From: Eledone cirrhosa
Taxonomy: Eukaryota
Length of the DNA: 64,000 nt
Assembly (NCBI GenBank): GCA_964016885.1
Contig: OZ024743.1
Coordinates: forward strand, 136,152,001-136,216,000
Reading direction: 5' to 3'
Part shown: one piece after another, positions 1 to 13,199 of the stretch
Position numbering within the stretch: position 1 is the first letter of the stretch
Layout: each line of letters starts with the position of its first letter
The notes under the pieces: model-generated
The model's input: the letters and a program-made list of their open reading frames with translations, nothing else
Told to the model about the DNA's origin: nothing
The model's database searches: none
Position numbers and translations under genes: made by a program

Positions 1-3000
1 CACCAATCACCAAGCACCAAGCACCAAGCAACAAACATAAAGCACCAATCACCAAGCACCGAGCACCAAGCACCAAGCACCAAGCACCAAACACCAAGCA
101 CCAAAGACTAAACACCAAGCATCAAGCACCAATCACCAAACACCAAGCACCAAGCACCAAACACCAAACAGCAAGCACCAAGCACCAAACACCAAACACC
201 AAGTACCAAGCCCAAAGCACCAAACACCAAGCACCTAGCAGCAAGCACCAAACACCAAACACCAAGCACCAAGCACTAAGCACCAAGCACCAAGCACCAA
301 GCAGCACGCACCAAACACCAATCACCAAGCCCCAAGCACCAAACACCAAGCACCAAGCACCCAGAACCAAGCACCAAGCACCAAACACCAAACACCATCC
401 ACCAAGCACCAAACACCAAACACCAAGCACCAAGCACCTAGCACCAAGCACCAAACACCAAACACCAAACACCAAACACCAAGGACCAATCACCAAACAC
501 CAAGCACCAAGCACCAAACACCAAACACCAAACACCTAGCACCAAGCACCAAGCACCAAACACCAAGCACCAAACACCAAGCACCAAGCACCAAGCACCA
601 AGCACCAAGCACCAAACACCAATCACCAAGCCCCAAGCACCAAACACCAAGCACCCAGCACCATACACCAAACACCAAGCACCAAGCACCCAGAACAAAG
701 CACCAAGCACCAAACACCAAACACCAAGCTCCAAGCACCAAACACCAAACACGAAGCACCATGCACCAAGCACCAAGCACCAAACACCAAACACCAAGCA
801 CCAAGCACCAAACACCAAACACCAAGCACCAATCACCATACACCAAGCACCAAGCACCAAACACCAAACACCAAGCACCAATCACCATACACCTAGCACC
901 AAGCACCAAGCACCAAACACCAAGCACCAAACACCAAGCACCATGCACCAAGCACCAAGCACCAAGCACCAAACACCAATCACCAAGCCCCAAGCACCAA
1001 ACACCAAGCACCAAGCACCAAACACCAAACACCAAGCACCAAGCACCCAGAACCAAGCACCAAGCACCAAACACCAAACACAAAGCACCAAGCACCAAAC
1101 ACCAAACACCAAGCACCAAGCACCAAGCACCAAGTACCAAACACCATACACCAAGCACCAAGCACCAAACACCAAAAACCAATCACCAAGCACCAAAGAG
1201 CAAACACCAAGCCCCAAGCACCAAACAACAAACACCAAACACCAAAAAGCAAACACTAAACACAAAACACCAAACAGCAAACACAAAACAGCAAACACCA
1301 AACAGCAAACGCCAAACAGCAAACACAAACACCAAACACCAAACACCAAGCACCAAGCACCAAGCACAAAACACCAAGTACCAAGCGCCAAGCACCAAAC
1401 ACCAAACACCAAACACCAAACAGCAAACACCAATCACCAAACACCAGACACCAAACACCAAACAGCAAACACCAAACACCAAACAGCAAACACCAAACAC
1501 CAAACACCAAACAGCAAACACGAAACAGCAAACACCAAACAGCAAACACCAAACAGCAAACACTCAAACAGCAAACAGCAAACACCAAACTCCAAACACC
1601 AAGCACCAAGCACCAAACACCAAGCACCAAGCAACAAGCACCAATCACCAAGCACCAAGCACTAAACACCAAACACCTAGCACCAAGCACCAAGAACCAA
1701 ACACCAAGCACCAAGCACCAAGCACCAAACACCAAGCACCAAAGACCAAGCCCCAAATACCAAGCACCAAGCACCAAACACTAATCACCAGGGACCAAGC
1801 ACCAAACACCAAGAACCAAGCACCAAGCACTAAACACCAAACACCAAGCACCAAGCACCAAACACCAAACACCAAGCACCAAGTACCAAACTCCAAACAC
1901 CAAACACCAAGCACCAAGCACCAAATCCCAAGCACCAAACACCAAGCACCAATCACCAAACACCAAACACCAAGCGCCAAGCACCAAACACCAAGCACCA
2001 AGCACGAAACACCAAGCACCAAGCACCGAGCACCAAACACCAAGTACCAAGCACCAATCACCAAACACCAAGCACCAAGCACCAAACACCAAACAGCAAG
2101 CACCAAGCACCAAGCACCAAACATAAAACAACAAGTACCAAGCACCAAACACCAAACACCAAACACCAAACACCAAGCACAAAGCACCAAACACCAAACA
2201 CCAAGCACCAAGCACCAGACACCAAGCACCAAGCACCAAGCACCAAGCACCAAAAACCAAGCACCAAGCTCCAAGGACCAAACACCAAGCACCAAACACC
2301 AAACACAAAGCACCAAGCACCAAACACCAAACACCAAGCACCAAGCACCAAACACCATACACCAAGCACCAATCACCATACACCAAGCACCAAGCGCCAA
2401 ACACCAAACACCAAACACCTAGCACCAAGCACCAAGCACCGAACACCAAGCACCAAACACCAAGCACCAAGCACCAAGCACCAAGCACCAAGCACCAAAC
2501 ACCAATCACCAAGCCCCAAGCACCAAACACCAAGCACCAAGACCCAAACACCAAACACCAAGCACCATGCACCCAGAACCAAGCACCAAGCACCAAACAC
2601 CAAACACCAAGCACCAAGCACCAAACACCAAACACCAAGCACCAAGCACCAAACACTATACACCAAGCACCAAGCACCAAACACCAAAAACCAATCACCA
2701 AGCACCAAAGAGCAAACACCAAGCCCCAAGCACCAAACACCAAACACCAAACACCAAAAAGCAAACACTAAACACAAAACACCAAACAGCAAACACCAAA
2801 CACCAAATAGCAAACACCAAACACCAACCAGGAAACAGCAAACACCAAACAGCAAACGCCAAACAGCAAACACAAACACCAAACACCAAACACCAAGCAC
2901 CAAGCACCAAGCACAAAACACCAAGCACCAAGCGCCAAGCACCAAACACCAAACACCAAACACCAAACAGCAAACACCAATCACCAAACACCAGACCCTA

Positions 3001-6000
3001 AACACCAAACAGCAAACACCAAACACCAAACAGCAAACACCAAACACCAAACACCAAACAGCAAACACGAAACAGCAAACACCAAACAGCAAACACCAAA
3101 CAGCAAACACCAAACAGCAAACAGCAAACACCAAACTCCAAACACAAAGCACCAAGCACCAAACACCAAGCACCAAGCAACAAGCACCAATCACCAAGCA
3201 CCAAGCACTAAACACCAAACACCTAGCACCAAGCACCAAGCACCAAACACCAAGCACCAAGCACCAAGCACCAAACACCAAGCACCAAAGACCAAGCCCC
3301 AAATACCAAGCACCAAGCACCAAACACTAATCACCAGGGACCAAGCACCAAACACCAAGAACCAAGCACCAAGCACTAAACACCAAACACCAAGCACCAA
3401 ACACCAAACACCAAGCACCAAGCACCCAGAACAAAGCACCAAGCACCAAACACCAAACACCAAACACCAAACACCAAGCACCAAGCACCAGACACCAAGC
3501 ACCAAGCACCAAGCACCAAGCACCAAAGACCAAGCACCAAGCTCCAAGCACCAAACACCAAGCACCAAACACCAAACACCAAGCACCAAGCACCAAACAC
3601 CAAGCACCAACCACCAAGCACCAAACACCAAGCACCAGGCACCAAGCACCAAGCACCAAGCACCAAACACCAAGCACCAAGCACCAAACAGCAAACACCA
3701 AGCACCAAACACCAAACACCAAGCACCAAGCAACAAACACCAAACACCAAGCACCAAACACCAATCACCAAGCCCCAAGCACCAAACACCAAGCACCAAG
3801 CACCAAACACCAAGCACCAAGCACCAAGCACCATGCACCAAACACCAAGCACCAAACAGCAAACACCAAACAGCAAACACCAAACAGCAAACACCAAACA
3901 GCAAACACCAAACACCAAACACCAAACAGCAAACGCCAAAAAGCAAACGCCAAACTCCAAACGCCAAACAGCAAATGCCAAACCCCAAACGCCAAACAGC
4001 AAACGCCAAGCACCAAACACCAAACACCAAGCGCCAAGCACCAAACACCAAACACCAAGCACCAAGCACCAAACACCAAACACCAAGCTCCAAGTACCAA
4101 ACACCAAACACCAAGCACCAAACACCAAACATCAAACGCAAAAAAGCAAACGCCAAACCCCATACGCCAAACAAAAATGCCAAACCCCAAATGCCAAACA
4201 GCAAACGCCAAGCACCAAACACCAAACACCAAGCGCCAAGCGCCAAGCACCAAGCACCAATCACCAATCACCAAACAGCAAGCACCAAACGCCAAGCACC
4301 AAGCACCAAGCACCAAGCACCAAGCACCAAACACCAATCACCAAGCCCCAAGCACCAAACACCAAGCACCCAGCACCAAACACCAAACACCAAGCACCAC
4401 GCACCCAGAACAAAGCACCAAGCACCAAACACCAAGCACCAAGCACCAAGCACCAAGCACCAAACACCAATCACCAAGCCCCAAACACCAAACACCAAGC
4501 ACCAAGCACCCAGAACCAAGCACCAAGCACCAAACACCAAACACCAAGCACCAAGCACCAAACACCAAACACCAAGCACCAAGCACCAAGCACCAAGCAC
4601 CAAACACCATACACCAAGCACCAAGGACCAAACACCAAAAACCAATCACCAAGCACCAAAGAGCAAACACCAAGCCCCAAGCACCAAACACCAAACACCA
4701 AACACCAAATAGCAAACACTAAACACCAAACACCAAACAGCAAACACAAAACACCAAATAGCAAACACCAAACAGCAAACACCAAACACCAAACAGCAAA
4801 CACCAAACACCAACCAGGAAACACCAACCAGGAAACACCAAACACCAAGCACCAAGCCCCAAGCACCAAACACCAAGCACCAAGCACCAAACACCAAGCA
4901 CCATGCACCAAGCACCATGCACCAAACACCAAGCACCAAGCACCAAACAGCAAACACCAAACAGTAAACACCAAACACCAAACACCAACCAGCAAACACC
5001 AAACACCAAACACCAAACAGCAAACACCAAACAGCAAACACCAAACAACAAACACCAAACACCAAACACCAAACAGCAAACGCCAAAAAGCAAACGCCAG
5101 ACTCCAAACGCCAAACAGCAAACGCCAAGGACCAAGCACCAAACACCAAGCGCCAAGCACCAAACACCAAACACCAAGCACCAAGTACCACACATCAAAC
5201 ACCGAGCACCAAACACCAAACACCAGGCCCAAACACCAAGCACCAATCACCAAGCACCAAGCACCAAGCAACAAACATAAAGCACCAATCACCAAGCACC
5301 GAGCACCAAGCACCAAGCACCAAGCACCAAACACCAAGCACCAAACACTAAACACCAAGCATCAAGCACCAATCACCAAACACCAAGCACCAAGCACCAA
5401 ACACCAAACAGCAAGCACCAAGCACCAAACACCAAACACCAAGTACCAAGCCCAAAGCACCAAACACCAAGCACCTAGCAGCAAGCACCAAACACCAAAC
5501 ACCAAGCACCAAGCACTAAGCACCAAGCACCAAGCACCAAGCACCACGCACCAAACACCAATCACCAAGCCCCAAGCACCAAACACCAAGCACCAAGCAC
5601 CCAGAACCAAGCACCAAGCACCAAACACCAAACACCATCCACCAAGCACCAAACACCAAACACCAAGCACCAAGCACCTAGCACCAAGCACCAAACACCA
5701 AACACCAAACACCAAACACCAAGGACCAATCACCAAACACCAAGCACCAAGCACCAAACACCAAACACCAAACACCTAGCACCAAGCACCAAGCACCAAA
5801 CACCAAGCACCAAACACCAAGCACCAAGCACCAAGCACCAAGCACCAAGCACCAAACACCAATCACCAAGCCCCAAGCACCAAACACCAAGCACCCAGCA
5901 CCATACACCAAACACCAAGCACCAAGCACCCAGAACAAAGCACCAAGCACCAAACACCAAACACCAAGCTCCAAGCACCAAACACCAAACACGAAGCACC

Positions 6001-6800
6001 ATGCACCAAGCACCAAGCACCAAACACCAAACACCAAGCACCAAGCACCAAACACCAAACACCAAGCACCAATCACCATACACCAAGCACCAAGCACCAA
6101 ACACCAAACACCAAGCACCAATCACCATACACCTAGCACCAAGCACCAAGCACCAAACACCAAGCACCAAACACCAAGCACCATGCACCAAGCACCAAGC
6201 ACCAAGCACCAAACACCAATCACCAAGCCCCAAGCACCAAACACCAAGCACCAAGCACCAAACACCAAACACCAAGCACCAAGCACCCAGAACCAAGCAC
6301 CAAGCACCAAACACCAAACACAAAGCACCAAGCACCAAACACCAAACACCAAGCACCAAGCACCAAGCACCAAGTACCAAACACCATACACCAAGCACCA
6401 AGCACCAAACACCAAAAACCAATCACCAAGCACCAAAGAGCAAACACCAAGCCCCAAGCACCAAACAACAAACACCAAACACCAAAAAGCAAACACTAAA
6501 CACAAAACACCAAACAGCAAACACAAAACACCAAATAGCAAACACCAAACACCAACCAGGAAACACCAAACAGCAAACACCAAACAGCAAACGCCAAACA
6601 GCAAACACAAACACCAAACACCAAACACCAAGCACCAAGCACCAAGCACAAAACACCAAGTACCAAGCGCCAAGCACCAAACACCAAACACCAAACACCA
6701 AACAGCAAACACCAATCACCAAACACCAGACACCAAACACCAAACAGCAAACACCAAACACCAAACAGCAAACACCAAACACCAAACACCAAACAACAAA
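1..6800 (+). repeat. Higher-order repeat, offset 5240 bp (1-~1290 matches 5241-~6530, then offset 5282 after a 42-bp insertion)
   Basis: Bases 1-40 recur at 5241. ORF pairs are offset by 5240 (122/5362, 438/5678, 980/6220). The GAGCAAA marker is at 1198 and 6438. Only isolated substitutions were seen (e.g. 106 vs 5346, 304 vs 5544). Confidence 0.95.
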
Positions 6801-7735
6801 CACTAAACAACAAACACCAAACAGCAAACACCAAACACCAAATAGCAAACACCAAACACCAACCAGGAAACACCAAACAGCAGACACCAAACAGCAATCG
6901 CCAAACAGCAAACACAAACACCAAACACCAAACAGCAAGCACCAAGCACCAAGCACAAAACACCAAGCACCAGGCGCCAAGTACCAAACACCAAACACCA
7001 AACACCAAACAGCAAACACCAATCACCAAACACCAAACCACCAAACACCAAACAGCAAACACCAAACACCAAACAGCAAACACCAAACACCAAACACCAA
7101 ACAGCAAACACCAAACAGCAAACACCAAACACCAAACACCAAACACCAAGCACGAAGCACCAAACACCAAGCACCAAGCAACAAACACCAATCACCAAGC
7201 ACCAAGCACTAAAAACCAAACACCCAGCACCAAGCACCAAGCACCAAAGACCAAGCACCAAGCACCAAGCACCAAACACCAAGCACCAAAGACCAAGCCC
7301 CAAATACCAAGCACCAAGCACCAAACACCAATCACCAGGCACCAAGCACCAAACACCAAGAACCAAGCACCAAGCACTAAACACCAAATACCAAGCACCA
7401 AGCACCAAACTCCAAACACCAAGCACCAAGTACCAAACTCCAAACACCAAACACCAAGGACCAAGCACCAAATCCCAAGCACCAAACACCAAGCACCAAT
7501 CACCAAACACCAAACACCAAGCACCAAGCACCAAACACCAAAAACCAAGCACCAAGCACCAAGCACCAAACACCAAACGCCAAACACCGAACACCAAGTA
7601 CCAAGCGCCAAACACCAAGCACCAAGCGCCAAAGACCAAACACCAGGCACCGAGCACGAAACACCAAGCACCAAGCACCAAACACCAAGAACCAAGCACC
7701 AAACACCAGACAGCAAGCACCAAGCACCAAACACC

Positions 7736-10700
7736 ATGCACCCAGAACCAAGCACCAAGCACCAAACACCAAACACCAAGCACCAAGCACCAAACACCAA
7801 ACACCAAGCACCAAGCACCAAGCACCAAGCACCAAACACCATACACCAAGCACCAAGCACCAAACACCAAAAACCAATCACCAAGCACCAAAGAGTAAAC
7901 ACCAAGCCCCAAGCACCAAACACCAAACACCAAACACCAAACAACAAACACTAAACACCAAACAACAAACAGCAAACACCAAACACCAAATAGCAAACAC
8001 CAAACACCAACCAGGAAACACCAAACAGCAAACACCAAACAGCAAACGCCAAACAGCAAACACAAACACCAAACACCAAACACCAAGCACCAAGCACCAA
8101 GCACAAAACACCAAGCACCAAGCGCCAAGCACCAAACACCAAACACCAAACACCAAACAGCAAACACCAATCACCAAATACCAGACACCAAACACCAAAC
8201 AGCAAACACCAAACACCAAACAGCAAACACCAAACACCAAACACCAAACAGCAAACACGAAACAGCAAACACCAAACAGCAGACACCAAACAGCAAACAC
8301 CAAACAGCAAACACCAAACACCAAACACCAAACACCAAGCACCAACCACCAAACACCAAGCACCAAGCAACAAACACCAATCACCAAGCACCGAGCACTA
8401 AAAACCAAACATCTAGCACCAAGCACCAAGCACCAAACACCAAGCACCAAGCACCAAGCACCAAACACCAAGCACCAAAGACCAAGCCCCAAATACCAAG
8501 CACCAAGCACCAAACACCAATCACCAGGCACCAAGCACCAAACACCAAGAACCAAGCACCAAGCACTAAACACCAAATACCAAGCACCAAGCACCAAACA
8601 CCAAACACCAAGCACCAAGTACCAAACTCCAAACACCAAACACCAAGCACCAAGCACCAAATCCCAAGCACCAAACACCAAGCACCAATCACCAAACACC
8701 AAACACCAAGCACCAAGCACCAAACACCAAAAACCAAGCACCAAGCACCAAGCACCAAACACCTAACGCCAAACACCGAAAACCAAGTACCAAGCACCAA
8801 ACACCAAGCACCAAGCGTCAAAGACCAAACACCTAGCACCAAGCACGAAACACCAAGCACCAAGCACCGAGCACCAAACACCAAGTACCAGGCACCAATC
8901 ACCAAACACCAAGAACCAAGCACCAAACACCAGACAGCAAGCACCAAGCACCAAACACCAAACTCCAAGCACCAAGCACCAAACACCAAGCACCAAGCGC
9001 CAAAGACCAAACACCAGGCACCAAGCACGAAACACCAAGCACCAAGCACCAAACACCAAGAACCAAGCACCAAACACCAGACAGCAAGCACCAAGCACCA
9101 AACACCAAACACCAAGCACCAAGCACCAAACACCAAGCACCAAGCGCCAAACACCAAACACCAAGCACCAAGCACCAAACACCAAGCACCAACCACCAAG
9201 CACCAAACACCAAGCACCAAGCACCAAACACCAAGCACCAATCACCAAACAGCAAGCACCAAGCACCAAACACCAAACACCAAGCACCAAGCACAAAACA
9301 CCAAGCACCAAGCACCAAACACCAAGCACCAAGCACCAAACACCAAAAACCAATCACCAAGCACCAAAGAGCAAACACCAAGCCCCAAGCACCAAACACC
9401 AAACACCAAACACCAAATAGCAAACACTAAACACCAAACACCAAACAGCAAACACAAAACCCCAAATAGCAAATACCAAACAGCAAACACCAAACAGCAA
9501 ACAGCAAACACCAAACACCAACCAGGAAACACCAAAGACCAAGCACCAAACACCAAGCACCAAGCCCCAAGCACCAAACACCAAGCACCAAGCACCAAAC
9601 ACCAAGCACCAAGCACCAAGCACCATGCACCAAACACCAAGCACCAAGCACCAAACAGCAAACACCAAACAGCAAACACCAAACACCAAACACCAACCAG
9701 CAAACACCAAATACCAAACACCAAACAGCAAACACCAAACAGCAAACACCAAACAGCAAACACCAAACACCAAACACGAAACACCAAACGCCAAAAAGCA
9801 AACGCCAAACCCCAAACGCCAAACAGCAAATGCCAAACCCCAAACGCCAAACAGCAAACGCCAAGCGCCAAACACCAAAGACCAAGCGCCAAGCAACAAA
9901 CACCAAACACCAAGCACCAAGCACCAAATACCAAACACCAAGCACCAAGTACCAAACACCAAACACCAAGCACCAAACACCAAACAGCAAACGCCAAAAA
10001 GCAAACGCCAAACCCCAAACGCCAAACAGCAAACGCCAAGGACCAAACACCAAACACCAAGCGCCAAGCACCAAATACCAAACACCAAGCACCAAGCACC
10101 AAACACCAAACACCAAGGACCAATCACCAAACACCAAGCACCAAGCGCCAAACACCAAACACCATACACCTAGCACCAAGCACCAAGCACCAAACACCAA
10201 GCACCAAGCACCCAGAACAAAGCACCAACCACCAAACACCAAACACCAAGCTCCAAGCACCAAACACCAAACACCAAGCACCAAGCACCAAGCACCAAGC
10301 ACCAAACACCAAACACCAAGCACCAAGCACCAAACACCAAGCACCAAGCGCCAAACACCAAACACCAAACACCTAGCACCAAGCACCAAGCACCGAACAC
10401 CAAGCACCAAACACCAAGCACCAAGCACCAAGCACCAAGCACCAAGCACCAAACACCAAACACCAAGCACCAAGCACCCAGAACCAAACACCAAGCACCA
10501 AGCACCAAACACCAAACACCAAGCACCAAGCACCAAGCACCAAGCACCAAACACCATACACCAAGCACCAAGCACCAAACACCAAAAACCAATCACCAAG
10601 CACCAAAGAGCAAACACCAAGCCCCAAGCACCAAACACCAAACACCAAACAGCAAACACTAAACACCAAACACCAAACAGCAAACACCAAACAGCAAATA

Positions 10701-12035
10701 GCAAACACCAAACACCAACCAGGAAACACCAAACAGCAAACACCAAACAGCAAACGCCAAACAGCAAACACAAACACCAAACACCAAGCACCAAGCACCA
10801 AGCACAAAACACCAAGCACCAAGCGCCAAGCACCAAACACCAAACACCAAACACCAAACACCAAACACCAATCACCAGACACCAGACACCAAACACCAAA
10901 CAGCAAACACCAAACACCAAACAGCAAACACCAAACACCAAACACCATGCACCCAGAACCAAGCACCAAGCACCAAACACCAAACACCAAGCACCAAGCA
11001 CCAAACACCAAACACCAAGCACCAAGCACCAAGCACCAAGCACCAAACACCATACACCAAGCACCAAGCACCAAACACCAAAAACCAATCACCAAGCACC
11101 AAAGAGCAAACACCAAACCCCAAGCACCAAACACCAAACACCAAACACCAAACAACAAACACTAAACACCAAACACCAAACAGCAAACACCAAACACCAA
11201 ATAGCAAACACCAAACACCAACCAGGAAACACCAAACAGCAAACACCAAACAGCAAACGCCAAACAGCAAACACAAACACCAAACACCAAACACCAAGCA
11301 CCAAGCACCAAGCACAAAACACCAAGCACCAAGCGCCAAGCACCAAACACCAAACACCAAACACCAAACAGCAAACACCAATCAGCAAATACCAGACACC
11401 AAACACCAAACAGCAAACACCAAACACCAAACAGCAAACACCAAACACCAAACACCAAACAGCAAACACGAAACAGCAAACACCAAACAGCAGACACCAA
11501 ACAGCAAACACCAAACAGCAAACACCAAACACCAAACACCAAACACCAAGCACCAACCACCAAACACCAAGCACCAAGCAACAAACACCAATCACCAAGC
11601 ACCGAGCACTAAAAACCAAACATCTAGCACCAAGCACCAAGCACCAAACACCAAGCACCAAAGACCAAGCCCCAAATACCAAGCACCAAGCACCAAACAC
11701 CAATCACCAGGCACCAAGCACCAAACACCAAGAACCAAGCACCAAGCACTAAACACCAAATAACAAGCACCAAGCACCAAACACCAAACACCAAGCACCA
11801 AGTACCAAACTCCAAACACCAAACACCAAGCACCAAGCACCAAATCCCAAGCACCAAACACCAAGCACCAATCACCAAACACCAAACACCAAGCACCAAG
11901 CACCAAACACCAAAAACCAAGCACCAAGCACCAAGCACCAAACACCTAACGCCAAACACCGAAAACCAAGTACCAAGCACCAAACACCAAGCACCAAGCG
12001 TCAAAGACCAAACACCTAGCACCAAGCACGAAACA
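7736..12035 (+). repeat. Dispersed duplication of ~1.1 kb: ~7736-8850 matches ~10947-12035 (offset 3211, then ~3183)
   Basis: ORF pairs 7736/10947, 7951/11162 and 8171/11382. Shared rare variants include CATCTAG, CACCTAACGCC and GCGTCAAAGACC. Confidence 0.9.
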
Positions 12036-13199
12036 CCAAACACCAAGCACCAAGCACCAAACACCAAGCACCAACCACCAAGCACCAAACACCAAGCACC
12101 AAGCACCAAACACCAAGCACCAATCACCAAACAGCAAACACCAAGCACCAAACACCAAACACCAAACACCAAGCACCAAGCACCAAACAGCAAACACCAA
12201 ACAGCAAACACCAAACACCAAACACCAACCAGCAAACACCAAACACCAAACACCAAACAGCAAACACCAAACAGCAAACACCAAACACCAAACACCAAAC
12301 ACCAAACGCCAAAAAGTAAACGCCAAACCCCAAACGCCAAACAGCAAATGCCAAACCCCAAGCGCCAAACACCAAAGACCAAGCGCCAAGCAACAAACAC
12401 CAAACACCAAGCACCAAGCACCAAACACCAAACACCAAGCACCAAGTACCAAACACCAAACACCAAGCACCAAACACCAAACAACAAACGCCAAAAAGCA
12501 AACGCCAAACCCCAAACGCCAAACAGCAAACGCCAAGGACCAAACACCAAACACCAAGCGCCAAGCACCAAATACCAAACACCAAGCACCAAGCACCAAA
12601 CACCAAACACCAAGGACCAATCACCTAACACCAAGCACCAAGCGCCAAACACCAAAAACCAAACACCTAGCACCAAGCACCAAGCACCAAACACCAAGCA
12701 CCAAGCCCCAAGCACCAAACAGCAAGCATCCAGCACCATACACCAAACACCAAGCACCAAGCACCCAGAACAAAGCACCAAGCACCAAACACCAAACACC
12801 AAGCTCCAAGCACCAAACACCAAACACCAAGCACCAAGCACCAAGCACCAAGCACAAAACACCAAACACCAAGCACCAAGCACCAAACACCAAGCACCAA
12901 GCGCCAAACACCAAACACCAAACACCTAGCACCAAGCACCAAGCACCGAACACCAAGCACCAAACACCAAGCACCAAGCACCAAGCACCAAGCACCAAGC
13001 ACCAAACACCAATCACCAAGCCCCAAGCACCAAACACCAAGCACCAAGCACCAAACACCAAACACCAAGCACCAAGCACCCAGAACCAAGCACCAAGCAC
13101 CAAACACCAAACACCAAGCACCAAGCACCAAACACCAAACACCAAGCACCAAGCACCAAGCACCAAGCACTAAACACCATACACCAAGCAACAAGCACC

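Noticed and set aside
2394-2401. GCGCCAAA (E2F-type TTTGGCGC site), also scattered elsewhere
   Set aside because: It is one substitution from the consensus and expected by chance among ~9,000 monomers. No promoter context.
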